Below are positions 27,318 through 39,135 of a stretch of DNA of 64,000 nucleotides, in pieces; within the stretch, counting starts at the first letter, position 1; every line of letters starts with the position of its first letter. The position numbers and the translations under genes were made by a program. Origin of the DNA: Thermoflexia bacterium. Its GTDB lineage: Bacteria > Chloroflexota > Anaerolineae > B4-G1 > DUEL01. The notes beneath the pieces are model-generated. The model did no database searches, was not told the DNA's origin, and saw nothing but the letters and a program-made list of their open reading frames with translations. Location of the stretch: contig DUEL01000002.1 of assembly GCA_011192125.1 (NCBI GenBank), positions 52,161 to 116,160 on the forward strand, in the 5' to 3' direction.

Positions 27318-28919
27318 TTGGGGGAGATGGAGGGATTCTTACACGCGCAGGGGTTGATCATCCTGTTGGTGCTGGTGGCGACGTTGGTCGCCATCGTCGT
27401 CCGCCGGATCCGTTTTCCCTACACGGTGAGTCTGGTGCTGGTCGGGCTGTTCCTCTCCGTCCAGCGGCCGTTGGACGTGGAGGTGACGCCGGAACTCATC
27501 CTGGCGATCTTCGTCCCGCCCCTGATCTTCGAGGCCGCATTCCACCTGGACTTCAGCCTGTTGCGGGAGAACCTGACGCCGATCCTGGTGCTGGCCGTGC
27601 CGGGCGTCGCGCTGACCACGCTGATCGTCGGGGGGATCGTGGCGGCGGGGACGGGGATGGACCTGGGCGCAGCGTCGGTCTTCGGCGCGCTGATCGCCGC
27701 GACGGACCCGGTGGCGGTGATCGCCCTCTTCCGCGCGCTGGGGGTCTCCCGTCGGCTGGCGGTGGCGCTGGAGGGGGAGAGCCTCTTCAACGACGGCACG
27801 GCCATCGTCCTCTTCCGCATCGCGCTGGCGGCCGCCCTCTCCGGCTATTTCAGCCCGGTGGAAGGCCTCTTCGACTTCACGGAGGTGGCGCTGGGCGGGA
27901 TCGCCATCGGCACGGCCCTGGGGTGGCTGACGGCGCAACTGATCGCCCGCCTGGAGGACCGGCTGGTGGTGACCACGCTGACCACCCTCCTGGCCTACGG
28001 GGCCTACCTGTCCGCCGAACAGCTCCACGTCAGCGGGGTGCTGGCGGTGGTGATGGCGGGGCTGGTCTGCGGGAACGTCGGTCTGGCCGGAGCCTCCCCC
28101 ACGACCAAGATCATGCTCTTCAACCTGTGGGAGTATCTGGCCTTCCTGGCCAACTCCCTGGTCTTCCTTCTCATTGGGCTGACGGTGGACCTGGCTCAAC
28201 TGGCGACCAACCTGGGTCCCATCGGTGTGGCCGTAGCGGCGGTGCTGATCAGCCGGGTGGTGGTGGTGTACGGCCTCTCCTGGCTGGCCCACGCCGGTCG
28301 GAGCCGGCCCCACATCCCGCTCCGTTGGCGGCACGTCCTCTTCTGGGGCGGGCTGCGGGGAGCGATCAGCCTGGCGCTGGCGCTGAGCCTCCCCGCGGTC
28401 CTGCCGGAGCGGGAGACGCTGCAGGCGATGGCCTTTGGGGTGATGCTGTTCACCCTCCTGGGTCAGGGCACCACCATCCACTTCCTGCTGCGGAAGTTGG
28501 GACTGATCTCCCTGCCCCAGCACCGATTGGCGCGGGAGAAGCGGCTGGGGCGGCTGTTCGCCGCCCAGGCGGGCCTCCGGCGGCTGGAGCGGCTCCATCG
28601 GGAGGGGCTACTGACCGACGAGATGTGGGCCGGGCTGCGGGACGACTACCACCAAGCACGGCAGAGGTTGATCGAGGAGATGAACCGGCTGTTCCGTGAG
28701 CACGCCGAACTGGAGCGGGAGATGCTGATCCAGGCCCGACGGGAGGCGCTGCAGGCGGAGCGGGGAGCGCTGGGCGACGCCCTGCGGCGAGGGTTGATCT
28801 CAACGGTGGTGTACGAGGAGTTGACGGAAGAGGTAGACCGCCGCCTGGAAGCGCTGGAGATGATCCAGGCGGCCCTGCACGGGGAGAGGGCCGGGGAGTT
28901 GGAGAGGGATGGAGCGTAG
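27318..28919 (+). CDS. Na+/H+ antiporter, CPA1 (NhaP-type) with cytoplasmic C-terminal domain
   Basis: GALIAATDPVAVIALFRALGV, LEGESLFNDGTAIVLF motifs; start TTG 27318 or ATG 27327. Confidence 0.85.
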   Translation: MGEMEGFLHAQGLIILLVLVATLVAIVVRRIRFPYTVSLVLVGLFLSVQRPLDVEVTPELILAIFVPPLIFEAAFHLDFSLLRENLTPILVLAVPGVALTTLIVGGIVAAGTGMDLGAASVFGALIAATDPVAVIALFRALGVSRRLAVALEGESLFNDGTAIVLFRIALAAALSGYFSPVEGLFDFTEVALGGIAIGTALGWLTAQLIARLEDRLVVTTLTTLLAYGAYLSAEQLHVSGVLAVVMAGLVCGNVGLAGASPTTKIMLFNLWEYLAFLANSLVFLLIGLTVDLAQLATNLGPIGVAVAAVLISRVVVVYGLSWLAHAGRSRPHIPLRWRHVLFWGGLRGAISLALALSLPAVLPERETLQAMAFGVMLFTLLGQGTTIHFLLRKLGLISLPQHRLAREKRLGRLFAAQAGLRRLERLHREGLLTDEMWAGLRDDYHQARQRLIEEMNRLFREHAELEREMLIQARREALQAERGALGDALRRGLISTVVYEELTEEVDRRLEALEMIQAALHGERAGELERDGA

Positions 28920-29340
28920 ACCGATCGTGTGTGCCACGCGCGGCGGGGAGGCCAGCCGACGCACCCAGGAGCGGGCGATCGCGCTGGCGAAGGAGCGGGG
29001 CGCCGACCTGATCTTCCTGTACGTCGTGGACCCCACGTTCGCCGGTCCGGTCAGCGACACGCTGGCGGCGGCGATGGAGGACGAGTTGAAGCGGCTGGGG
29101 AGGTCGCTCCTCTCCATCGCCCAGGCGCGCGCCCAGGAGCGGGGGGTCCGGGCCCGGACGGTCGTCCGCGCCGGGCCGGTGTGGGAGACCATCAAGGCCT
29201 ACCTGAACGAGGCGGGGGCCGAGACGCTGGTCCTCGGCGCGCCGGGGGACAAGGTGGACGAGGCCGCCGACGTCGGGGACGTGGGCCGGCTCGCCGAGGA
29301 GGTACGGCGAGATACCGGCGTGGAGGTCGTGGTGGTTTGA
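28909..29340 (+). CDS. universal stress protein (UspA family)
   Basis: 143 aa; RPIVCATRGGEASRRTQERAIALAKERGADLIFLYVVD...; 11-nt overlap with antiporter. Confidence 0.8.
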   Translation: MERRPIVCATRGGEASRRTQERAIALAKERGADLIFLYVVDPTFAGPVSDTLAAAMEDELKRLGRSLLSIAQARAQERGVRARTVVRAGPVWETIKAYLNEAGAETLVLGAPGDKVDEAADVGDVGRLAEEVRRDTGVEVVVV

Positions 29341-29344
29341 GGTT

Positions 29345-29574
29345 CCCACCACAGAGGCACAGACGATACGGAGAAGAAGATATCTGGAGAAACTGGCTAC
29401 CTGACAGTTTGCCAGCCTCCCGCAGGTTTATGCACGGCTTAACAGCGCAAGCGACCAGCCAGGGCACCCTTTACGGCGCGTTCGGGTGCGTCGTAGGGAA
29501 CCTGCGGGAGGCTCCCTTCAAAAGTGTCAGGGGACTGATTGGAGAAACTCTGTGCTCTCTGTGCCTCTGTGGTT

Positions 29575-29576
<2 letters not shown>
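29345..29576. repeat. CACAGAGG-palindrome element copy E, split by a nested insertion
   Basis: left arm cccaccacagaggcacagacg 29345-29365; right arm ctctgtgctctctgtgcctctgtggtttc 29548-29576. Confidence 0.8.
29395..29540. mobile_element. 146-bp hairpin element (MITE-like) inserted in loop of copy E, flanked by 9-10 bp direct repeat (T)GGAGAAACT
   Basis: Direct repeats at 29386-29394 and 29541-29549; element has stem gcctcccgcaggtt/aacctgcgggaggc and outer stem cctgacag/ctgtcagg; homologous 80-bp copy at 48550-48632. Confidence 0.6.
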
Positions 29577-31608
<2,032 letters not shown>

Positions 31609-31635
31609 CGACAGACCCTCGTTCGAGTGCAGGGG

Positions 31636-31685
31636 ACCACAAAGACGCGGAGGGCGCGGAGAAACCCAGCGCCCCCCGCGCCTCC
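31636..31685 (-). terminator. candidate hairpin terminator downstream of dodecin gene
   Basis: GGAGGCGCGG/CCGCGCCCTCC GC stem followed on minus strand by GCGUCUUUGUGG. Confidence 0.35.
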
Positions 31686-31693
31686 CCGGTGGT

Positions 31694-31912
31694 TCAGTCC
31701 TCTTCCTGGTGATACTTGAAGGAGACCTTTACCTTCGTGCGATAGGCGATCACCCTCCCGTCCTCGATCTGCATATCCATAGCGACCACCTCGGCGATGC
31801 GGAGGTCCCGCAGGCTCTTGGCGGCGGTTTCCACAGCGGCCGCGGCGGCCTTCTCCCACGACTCGGTGCTGGTCCCGACCAACTCGATGATCTTATAGAC
31901 GCTTTCCGACAT
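31694..31912 (-). CDS. dodecin family flavin-binding protein
   Basis: 72 aa [42 protein letters not shown]... aligns with bacterial dodecins. Confidence 0.8.
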   Translation of the reverse strand: MSESVYKIIELVGTSTESWEKAAAAAVETAAKSLRDLRIAEVVAMDMQIEDGRVIAYRTKVKVSFKYHQEED

Positions 31913-32058
31913 TTTAACCCTCCTTTCGCTAAAACGAGACGCGCCAGGCCCCCGCCGTCGGGTGTCGAGGGGGAGGTGATGGTGAGAAATGGAAACAGGG
32001 GGCTTTACAGATTATACTCCGCCGGAGCGGTGCTGGCAAGGTGGTCCACGGTGGTCAT

Positions 32059-32087
32059 TTGGGCTTTCCCGTCCTCTGTGCTAAAAT
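32059..32087 (+). promoter_or_regulatory. promoter of ferredoxin-AOR operon (TTGGGC-17-TGcTAAAAT extended -10)
   Basis: TTGGGC 32059-32064, TAAAAT 32082-32087 with TG at -14/-15. Confidence 0.45.
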
Positions 32088-32139
32088 ATTGTGCGCTCGG
32101 ACGTTTCCATCCACCATCCCATCTTGAGGGAGAGAGCCG

Positions 32140-32574
32140 ATGAAAGTTCTAGCCTTCGACCAAGAGCGTTGTGTCGGTTGCCACATCTGTGAAGAAGTCT
32201 GCTCCGATACGTGGTTCAAGACGACCGACGTGGAGAAGTCCAGCATCCGCATCCTCGACGAAGGGACGGGTCCCCTCAAGGCGGTCTTCTGCGTCCAATG
32301 TGGCGAGTGCATCGACGTCTGCCCCACCAAAGCGCTCTACCGGGACCGGAAGGGGATCGTCCGCCTGAAGAAGAAACTCTGCGTCGGTTGCCTCTCGTGC
32401 GTGGGGTTCTGCCCCTACGAGGCGATGTTCTACCACCCCGACCACCTGGAGCCCTTCAAGTGCATCGTCTGCGGGCAGTGCGTCAAGGAGTGCCCGGCTG
32501 AGGCCCTCTCCATCGTCGAGGAGGCAGCCCCCGCGCCGACCGTGACTGAGCAGTGGGAGACGGTGGTCGGGTAA
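32140..32574 (+). CDS. 4x[4Fe-4S] ferredoxin-type iron-sulfur protein (AOR partner)
   Basis: Four CxxCxxCxxxCP cluster motifs (CVGCHICEEVC, CVQCGECIDVCP, CVGCLSCVGFCP, CIVCGQCVKECP). Confidence 0.8.
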   Translation: MKVLAFDQERCVGCHICEEVCSDTWFKTTDVEKSSIRILDEGTGPLKAVFCVQCGECIDVCPTKALYRDRKGIVRLKKKLCVGCLSCVGFCPYEAMFYHPDHLEPFKCIVCGQCVKECPAEALSIVEEAAPAPTVTEQWETVVG

Positions 32575-32640
32575 TGCGTCTTACGGCCTGCGACGTGAAG
32601 CGTGGGACGGAATGTGCGTATGCGTGAGACGTGATAAGGA

Positions 32641-34794
32641 GTGAGGAGAATGACCGCGCAAGGTTCCCGTCGTGTGTTGGCAGAGTTTGCCTACGAGGTC
32701 CCTCCTGTGGAGCGAGGGTACACGAACCAGACCCTCTACGTCAACCTGTCCGACAATACCATCACCGCCAAGCCGGTCACCGAGGAGATGAAGGAAAAGT
32801 TCATCGGCGGCCGAGGGTTCGGGCTGTGGCTGCTGTGGCACGCGGTAAAGGACGATACGAAGTGGAACGACCCCGAGAACGAGATCATCATCTCCTCCGG
32901 CCCCTGCGGCGGCATCACCCAGTACCCCGGCTCGGGCAAGTCGCTGGTGGTCACCATCTCCCCGCTGACCGACATCCCCATCGACTCCAACGTCGGCGGC
33001 CACTTTGGCCCGCTGTTGAAGTTCTCCGGGTGGGACGCGCTGGAGATCCAGGGGAAGGCGGAGAAGGACGTCATCGTGGTGATCGACGGGCAGAACGGCC
33101 GGGTCACCATCGAGGAGGCGGACGGCGTGCCGGTCGATTCCCACCTGGTCGGCCACTGGCTCATCGAGGAGATGGCCGAGAAGGAGGAGGACCGGTATTT
33201 CATGTCGGTGGTCGCCGCGGGGAGCGGGGCCGAGCACACCCGCATCGGCTGCCTTAACTTCAGTTTCTACGACCGGCGGCGGAAGGCCCCGCGGTTCAAG
33301 CAGGCCGGGCGGGGCGGCATCGGCACGGTCTTCCGGGATAAGCGGATCAAGGCGATCGTGGTGAAGAGCCCGCCGGTGCGGGGCGATTCCAACCGCCCGG
33401 CCGACCCCGAGCGGATCGCCCGCGCCGGACTGCGGCTCCACAAGGAGATCCACGACTATGATGACCAGCAGAACCGGATGCGGAAACGGGGCACCCCCTA
33501 CCTGGTCCAGATTATGGACGACTACGACCTGCTGCCGGTGCACAACTTCAAGTTCGGCTCCCACCCGGACACGCCCAAGATCAACGGGGACGTGTGGGAG
33601 GGCCGGTTCAGCCAGGGGCTGCCCGACGGCTGCTGGTACGGCTGCACGATGTCCTGCTCCCACGCGGTGGACCACTACACGGTCCGCACCGGCCCCTACA
33701 AGGGTCAGAAGGTCATCGTGGACGGGCCGGAGTACGAGACCATCGCCGGGGTCGGCTCCAATTGTGGCATCTTCGACCCCGACGCCATCCTGGAGATCAA
33801 CTTCTACTGCGACACCTACGGCATCGACACCATCTCCTTCGGCACCCTCACCGCCTTCGTGATGGAGTGCTACGAGGCGGGGATCCTCGACAAGGAGAAG
33901 ACCGGCGGGCTGGAACTCCGGTTCGGCAACGCCGACGCAGCCATCGAACTCCTCCACCAAATGGCCCGCGGCGAGGGGTTCGGCAAGATCGCCGGGCAGG
34001 GGGTCCGCCGGATGAAGGAGTACTTCGTCAAGGAGTTCGGGGCCGATCCGCAGTTCGTGCAGGACATCGGGATGGAGGCCAAAGGGCTGGAGTACTCCGA
34101 GTACGTCTGCAAGGAGTCGCTGGCCCAGCAGGGCGGCTACGGCCTCACCAACAAGGGTCCCCAGCACGACGAGGCGTGGCTGATCTTTATGGACATGGTC
34201 AGCAACCTCCTGCCGACCTTCGAGGACAAGGCGGAGGCGCTGCACTACTTCCCGATGTGGCGGACCTGGTTCGGCCTCTGCGGCTTCTGCAAACTGCCGT
34301 GGAACGACATCGTTCCGCCCGATAACGCGATGACGGACGAGCCGGCCAAGATCCCGGCCCACGTCCAGAACTACGTGGAGATCTTCTCCGGCGTCACCGG
34401 CAAAGAGGTTACGGCCGACGACCTGATCACGATGTCCGAGCGGGTGTACAACTTCCAGCGGGTGTTCAACATCCGGCTGGGCAAGGGGCTGCGGGAGCAC
34501 GACGCGGTCCCCTACCGCTCGATGGGGCCGGTGACGGTGGAGGAGTACGAGTCTCGGGCGGAGCGGTACGATAAGCAACTGCGGGAACTGCTGGGGCTCG
34601 ACCCGGAGAAGATGACCACCGAGGAGAAACTGGCCGCGCTGCGGAAGTACCGGGAGGAGCAGTACGAGAAACTGATCGACGCGGTGTACGCCCGGCGCGG
34701 CTGGACGAAGGACGGGGTCCCCACGCTGGAGACGCTGAAGCGGCTGGGGATCGACTACCCCGACGTGGTCGAGGTGGTCAAGCGGCATCTCTAG
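32641..34794 (+). CDS. aldehyde:ferredoxin oxidoreductase (tungsten/molybdopterin AOR family)
   Basis: 717 aa; N-domain GYTNQTLYVNLS..., GGRGFGLWLLW, conserved AOR C-terminal domains; start GTG 32641 or ATG 32650. Confidence 0.85.
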   Translation: MRRMTAQGSRRVLAEFAYEVPPVERGYTNQTLYVNLSDNTITAKPVTEEMKEKFIGGRGFGLWLLWHAVKDDTKWNDPENEIIISSGPCGGITQYPGSGKSLVVTISPLTDIPIDSNVGGHFGPLLKFSGWDALEIQGKAEKDVIVVIDGQNGRVTIEEADGVPVDSHLVGHWLIEEMAEKEEDRYFMSVVAAGSGAEHTRIGCLNFSFYDRRRKAPRFKQAGRGGIGTVFRDKRIKAIVVKSPPVRGDSNRPADPERIARAGLRLHKEIHDYDDQQNRMRKRGTPYLVQIMDDYDLLPVHNFKFGSHPDTPKINGDVWEGRFSQGLPDGCWYGCTMSCSHAVDHYTVRTGPYKGQKVIVDGPEYETIAGVGSNCGIFDPDAILEINFYCDTYGIDTISFGTLTAFVMECYEAGILDKEKTGGLELRFGNADAAIELLHQMARGEGFGKIAGQGVRRMKEYFVKEFGADPQFVQDIGMEAKGLEYSEYVCKESLAQQGGYGLTNKGPQHDEAWLIFMDMVSNLLPTFEDKAEALHYFPMWRTWFGLCGFCKLPWNDIVPPDNAMTDEPAKIPAHVQNYVEIFSGVTGKEVTADDLITMSERVYNFQRVFNIRLGKGLREHDAVPYRSMGPVTVEEYESRAERYDKQLRELLGLDPEKMTTEEKLAALRKYREEQYEKLIDAVYARRGWTKDGVPTLETLKRLGIDYPDVVEVVKRHL

Positions 34795-34879
34795 GATGGA
34801 TGCATCCCTAGAGGGACGCGCGTTGGACCTCCCGCAGGGCCCTCTCCCCTGCGGGAGGTTTTTTCTACAGGGAGATAGG

Positions 34880-37144
34880 ATGCGGAACCGATCTTTGCTC
34901 CTGTTCCTGGTCCTGCTGGCGGGCCTCCTCGTGCCGGCCCCGCCCCCCGCCCACGCCGCCGCACTGGAACTCTACGGCACCTTCCACGCGATGGGGGTCA
35001 TCGTCACCCTGGACCCCGCCGACGATCCTGATGAGGACGCGACGGCCTACGTCGAATACCGGGTCAGCGGAAGCGATCCCTACCGCCAGGGCTTCCCCCT
35101 CTCCCGCGTCGACGCGGCCCGGTTCGTCGGGAGCCTCTTCTGGCTGGAGCCGGGCACCGCCTACGACGTGCGCGTCACCTTCAGCGACCCCGACGGCGAC
35201 CCGCTGGACGGCGTCGTTCTCACCGGCACCGGTTCCACCCACGCGGAGATCGTTATCCCCGCGCCACTCCACTCCTACTACGTCGCCCCCACGGGGAGCG
35301 GGACGGCCTGCACCCTCGCCGCCCCCTGCTCCCTGGCCGAGGGGCTGAGCCAGGCCGGGCCGGGCGACGAGGTCGTGTTGCGCGGCGGGGTCTACTACCA
35401 GGGCGAGATCGCTCTCCCTCGCTCCGGCACGGTCGGCGCGCCCATCCTCGTCCGTGCCTACCCCGGCGAGACGGTGGTGCTGGACGGGGCCGATCCGGCG
35501 ACCTTCACCTGGACGAACGTCAGCGGCGGGGTCTGGCGCACCACGGTCAACGCGTCCGACCCCCACCTGGTCCTGGCCGACGGTCAGCGCCTCTACCCCT
35601 ACCAGAGCCTCGCCGACCTCCAGAACCTCGCCTGGTCCATCCCTGGCTTCTACGCCGACGGCACGACCCTCTACGTCCGCCTGGCGGGGGACGCCGACCC
35701 CAACGGTGCCACAATGGTCGTCTCTCGGTATAACTATGCCTTCTACGTCGAGCAGGATTTCGTCTATTTCCTGGACCTGACCTTCCGCCACTACGGGCGG
35801 GGAAGTTACGCCAAGGCCATCTACTTCAACAACGCCAGCGACAACCTGGTGCAGGGGTGCACCTTCGCCGTCAACGACCTGGGGATCGGCATCAAGCGGG
35901 ATTCCCACCGCAACGTCATCCAAGATAGCGAGTTCTACGACACCATCTTCGACTGGCCCTGGGACGCGGTCAAGGCGGGCAGCGGGCTGGAGACCGGGGG
36001 CGTCCGCTTCTACGATCCGACCACGGGGCGGGGCAATGTCATCCGGCGCAACACCTTCCACGACTACTTCGACGGCTTCGGCGTCTGCCCTTCGTGGACG
36101 GCGGGGGTGACCAACGAGACCGACGTCTACGAGAACTTGGTCTACCGCGTCGGCGACGACGGGATGGAGACCGACGGCCAGTGCAGCAACGTGCGCATCT
36201 GGTCCAACACCTTCCACGACGTCCTGATGGGGATCTCTCTGGCCCCCGCCTACACCGGCCCGGTCTACGCCATCCGCAACCTGATCTACCGGACCGGCGT
36301 GGGGAACAACGACTACTCCGGCAGCCCCTTCAAGTTCAACAGCGGCTACGGCACCTCCGGCCCGATGTATCTCTTCCACAACACCTCGGACGCCGTCCTG
36401 CCGGGCAACAACGGCCTCTACGTCAAAGCGCCGGGCACCTGGAGCCTGATCTACGCCCGCAACAACATCTGGGCCGGGACCGCCTACGCGGTGAACAACT
36501 ACAACGCGGGCCAGCCCATCGACCTGGATTACGATGACCTGTGGAACGGAGGCAGCGGCGATCTGGTGTACTGGGGTGGTGTGCATTATGCCACCCTCTC
36601 CGTGTTCACCGCGGGCACGGGCCAGGAGCCGCACGGGATGAGCGTCGATCCGGGTTTCGCCGATGCGGGGAGCGGCGACTACACGCTGGCCCCCACCAGC
36701 GGCCTGGTCGATGCGGGCCTCCTCATCCCCGGCATCAACGACGACTATGTGGGGAACGCGCCCGACATCGGCGCGTTCGAGTACCCGGGCTACGGCTTCA
36801 CGCTGACCGCAGATCCCCCCTTCCGCGCCGTCTCCCCTGGCGGTGTCGCCACCTACACCCTCTCCGTCCGGCCCATCGGCCGGTTCACCGCCCCCGTCAC
36901 GCTGACCGGCGCCAGTCCCTCTCCCAGCCTGACCCTGGGCCTGGCCCCCACCGTCGTCGTCCCGCCCGGACAGGCCTTCCTCACCCTGACCGACACCCAC
37001 ACCGGCCCCGTGCTCCTGCCCGGTCTGTGGTATAATATCCCCGTCACCGGCACCGGCGGCACCGTCACCGAGACCACGACCGTCCGTCTCCTGGTCGGCG
37101 GGGCGCGCCTCTACCTGCCGGTGGTGATGAGAGGGAATTCATGA
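34880..37144 (+). CDS. secreted right-handed beta-helix (pectate-lyase-fold) protein with N-terminal FN3-like and C-terminal Ig-like domains
   Basis: Signal peptide MRNRSLLLFLVLLAGLLVPAPPPAHAAA after GGAGATAGG SD; parallel beta-helix repeats (NxxxxN/ASDN, hNNxIWxxT); YYVAPTGSGTACTLAAPCSL motif. Confidence 0.75.
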   Translation: MRNRSLLLFLVLLAGLLVPAPPPAHAAALELYGTFHAMGVIVTLDPADDPDEDATAYVEYRVSGSDPYRQGFPLSRVDAARFVGSLFWLEPGTAYDVRVTFSDPDGDPLDGVVLTGTGSTHAEIVIPAPLHSYYVAPTGSGTACTLAAPCSLAEGLSQAGPGDEVVLRGGVYYQGEIALPRSGTVGAPILVRAYPGETVVLDGADPATFTWTNVSGGVWRTTVNASDPHLVLADGQRLYPYQSLADLQNLAWSIPGFYADGTTLYVRLAGDADPNGATMVVSRYNYAFYVEQDFVYFLDLTFRHYGRGSYAKAIYFNNASDNLVQGCTFAVNDLGIGIKRDSHRNVIQDSEFYDTIFDWPWDAVKAGSGLETGGVRFYDPTTGRGNVIRRNTFHDYFDGFGVCPSWTAGVTNETDVYENLVYRVGDDGMETDGQCSNVRIWSNTFHDVLMGISLAPAYTGPVYAIRNLIYRTGVGNNDYSGSPFKFNSGYGTSGPMYLFHNTSDAVLPGNNGLYVKAPGTWSLIYARNNIWAGTAYAVNNYNAGQPIDLDYDDLWNGGSGDLVYWGGVHYATLSVFTAGTGQEPHGMSVDPGFADAGSGDYTLAPTSGLVDAGLLIPGINDDYVGNAPDIGAFEYPGYGFTLTADPPFRAVSPGGVATYTLSVRPIGRFTAPVTLTGASPSPSLTLGLAPTVVVPPGQAFLTLTDTHTGPVLLPGLWYNIPVTGTGGTVTETTTVRLLVGGARLYLPVVMRGNS

Positions 37145-37217
37145 TTTCACCACAGAGTCACAGAGGGCACAGAGGGAAAATCTAAATCTCTGTGTTCTCT
37201 GTGTCTCGGTGGTGAAA
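37145..37217. repeat. CACAGAGG-palindrome element copy F
   Basis: tttcaccacagagtcacagagggcacagaggg...ctctgtgttctctgtgtctcggtggtgaaa. Confidence 0.85.
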
Positions 37218-37243
37218 TACTTCAGGACCGAGGAGACGCATCG

Positions 37244-37444
37244 GTGATCCGGGTCAACAACCGGGACGAGGTCGAATGGGAGGAGGGAATGACCGTATCC
37301 GACCTTCTGGAGCGGATGCGGTACACCTTCCCGCACATCATCGTCAAGGTCGACGGGGAGGTCGTCCCTCGGGAGGAGTACCCCACCCGCACCATACCGG
37401 ACGGGGCGGACGTGCGGGTGATCCACCTGATCGCGGGGGGATAG
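37244..37444 (+). CDS. ThiS/MoaD-family sulfur carrier protein
   Basis: 66 aa ending ...VRVIHLIAGG (C-terminal Gly-Gly), beta-grasp-size. Confidence 0.7.
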   Translation: MIRVNNRDEVEWEEGMTVSDLLERMRYTFPHIIVKVDGEVVPREEYPTRTIPDGADVRVIHLIAGG

Positions 37445-37450
37445 ATTTTT

Positions 37451-37530
37451 ACCACAGAGGCACAGAGGACACAGAGTTTTCTCTCTCTTTTTTCAGAGAT
37501 TCCTCTGTGTCCTCTGCGTCTCTGGGGTTT
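37451..37530. repeat. CACAGAGG-palindrome element copy G
   Basis: accacagaggcacagaggacacagagttttctctctcttttttcagagattcctctgtgtcctctgcgtctctggggttt. Confidence 0.85.
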
Positions 37531-37571
37531 TCCCCTACGTCCTGCGCGGTCGGGCGGTGGTGCTGATCAGG

Positions 37572-39041
37572 TCATTCGCTTGTTCGCTCCCCCAGTCGTC
37601 GAACCATCTCCCCCGCATACCCCGCCAGGTCCTCCCGGCCCTGCCGACCCCACCATCCCCGCCACACCCCCAACTCCTCGACCAGTTCTGCCCGGTCGTC
37701 GAGACGGGATAGAAGTTCCTCCGCCGGGTCCAGCCAGCCGGTCCACAGGTAGGCGTAGCCCAGCCCCTTCCACGTCGCCGGGTTGCCCGGCTGCCGCTGA
37801 TAGGCCCGCTCCAGGTAGGCCACGGCCGCGTCGAAGTCCTCCCGCTCCAGGGCCATCAGCCCCAACCGGCGGTTGGCCGTCGGCTGGAGGGGGTCCCAGG
37901 CCAGCGCGCGCTCGAAGCAGGCGACGGCCCGCCCCGTGGCGGCCTCCCGCGCTGACCTTTCCAGATGAGGCGCGAGGTCGGCCCGGGCCTGCCAGAGGGC
38001 CCCCGCGTTGGCGTACCCCATCCCGAGGAGGGGCTGCCGGAGGAGCAGGAGGCCGGTGACCAGAAGAACGACCACGGCCACCAGGCCCCACCGCCAAGGG
38101 CGGGTCTGCCGTCTTTCGCTGACCCGTCCCGTCGCCACGGCAATCCCCATCAGGCCGAACCCCATCGCTGCCAGCCACAGCCCAAGGGGGAACGGCGGGG
38201 AGTCGATCAGGCCGTGGGCGAGGGCGGCGGTCGTCCCCAGCCAGGCGGCGCGGAACAGCGCGGGGGAGGGGCCCGACCGTTCCACTCGGACGACGAACCG
38301 GTAGAACGTCGCCAACAGCCAGACCACCGCTGCTAGGCCTATCACTCCCATCCCCAACCCGACCGCCAGGAGGAGGTTGTGCGGGGTGGTGAGGAAGGAG
38401 ACCGGGATCAGCAACTGGTAGCGGGAGTAGGCCAGGGCGAAGGTGTCCCCCAGGCCGACGCCGGTGAGGGGATAGTCGGTCAGGAGGTAGAGGCTGTTGC
38501 GGAAGAGATGAAGCCGGTCGATGGCGACCTGCTGTACCGGATGGAGGCTTGCCATCAGCGCAAGCCCTGTGGCCCCCGTCCCGATCAGCGCCCAGCGGAG
38601 CGGCCGACGACGGAGCCGTAGCAGTGCTGCCACCACCGCCGCCACGACCAACCCCACCCACGAGCCGAGGGAGCCGGAGCCCGCCAGCCCGACGACGACG
38701 AGGGCCATCGCCGCGCCCCAGGCCCACCGCCGCCACCCCCGCCCCGACCCGGTCAGCAAGAGACCCAGCGGGACCATCGCCTCGAGGAAGCCATCGCCCG
38801 CGTCAAAAGGGGCCTGGGGGAGGAAGGAGCCCACCGCCAGCAGGGCGGCGAGGAGGAGAAGCGCCGTTCCCGTTCGGCGCGGGGGGATCGCTCCGTGGGC
38901 GGCGATGAAGAAGAGGACAACACTTCCCAGAAGGGCCAGCAGCGCGGGCCAGCCGAGGGTCGGGTTGTAGGTGACCAGTGCCCCGATCAACCCGGCGATG
39001 GAGAGGAGAACCAGCGGGCCTCGAAAGATCGTTTTCATCAT
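37572..39041 (-). CDS. O-antigen ligase (Wzy_C)-family polytopic membrane protein with C-terminal TPR repeats
   Basis: ~11 TM helices with large periplasmic loop, C-terminal ALEREDFDAAVAYLERAYQRQPGNPATWKGLGYAY TPR units; strong GC3 bias. Confidence 0.75.
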   Translation of the reverse strand: MMKTIFRGPLVLLSIAGLIGALVTYNPTLGWPALLALLGSVVLFFIAAHGAIPPRRTGTALLLLAALLAVGSFLPQAPFDAGDGFLEAMVPLGLLLTGSGRGWRRWAWGAAMALVVVGLAGSGSLGSWVGLVVAAVVAALLRLRRRPLRWALIGTGATGLALMASLHPVQQVAIDRLHLFRNSLYLLTDYPLTGVGLGDTFALAYSRYQLLIPVSFLTTPHNLLLAVGLGMGVIGLAAVVWLLATFYRFVVRVERSGPSPALFRAAWLGTTAALAHGLIDSPPFPLGLWLAAMGFGLMGIAVATGRVSERRQTRPWRWGLVAVVVLLVTGLLLLRQPLLGMGYANAGALWQARADLAPHLERSAREAATGRAVACFERALAWDPLQPTANRRLGLMALEREDFDAAVAYLERAYQRQPGNPATWKGLGYAYLWTGWLDPAEELLSRLDDRAELVEELGVWRGWWGRQGREDLAGYAGEMVRRLGERTSE

Positions 39042-39046
39042 TCTCT

Positions 39047-39126
39047 ACCACAGAGGCACGGAGGGCACAGAGTTTTCTCCCATTTTTCAGAGATTCCTCT
39101 GTGTCCTCCGTGTCTTTGTGGTTTTA
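39047..39126. repeat. CACAGAGG-palindrome element copy H
   Basis: accacagaggcacggagggcacagagttttctcccatttttcagagattcctctgtgtcctccgtgtctttgtggtttt. Confidence 0.85.
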
Positions 39127-39135
39127 CCGCTTCCA

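Noticed and set aside
27339-28598. 419-aa minus ORF
   Set aside because: It is antisense to the NhaP antiporter, with a His/Arg/Gln-rich artefactual translation.
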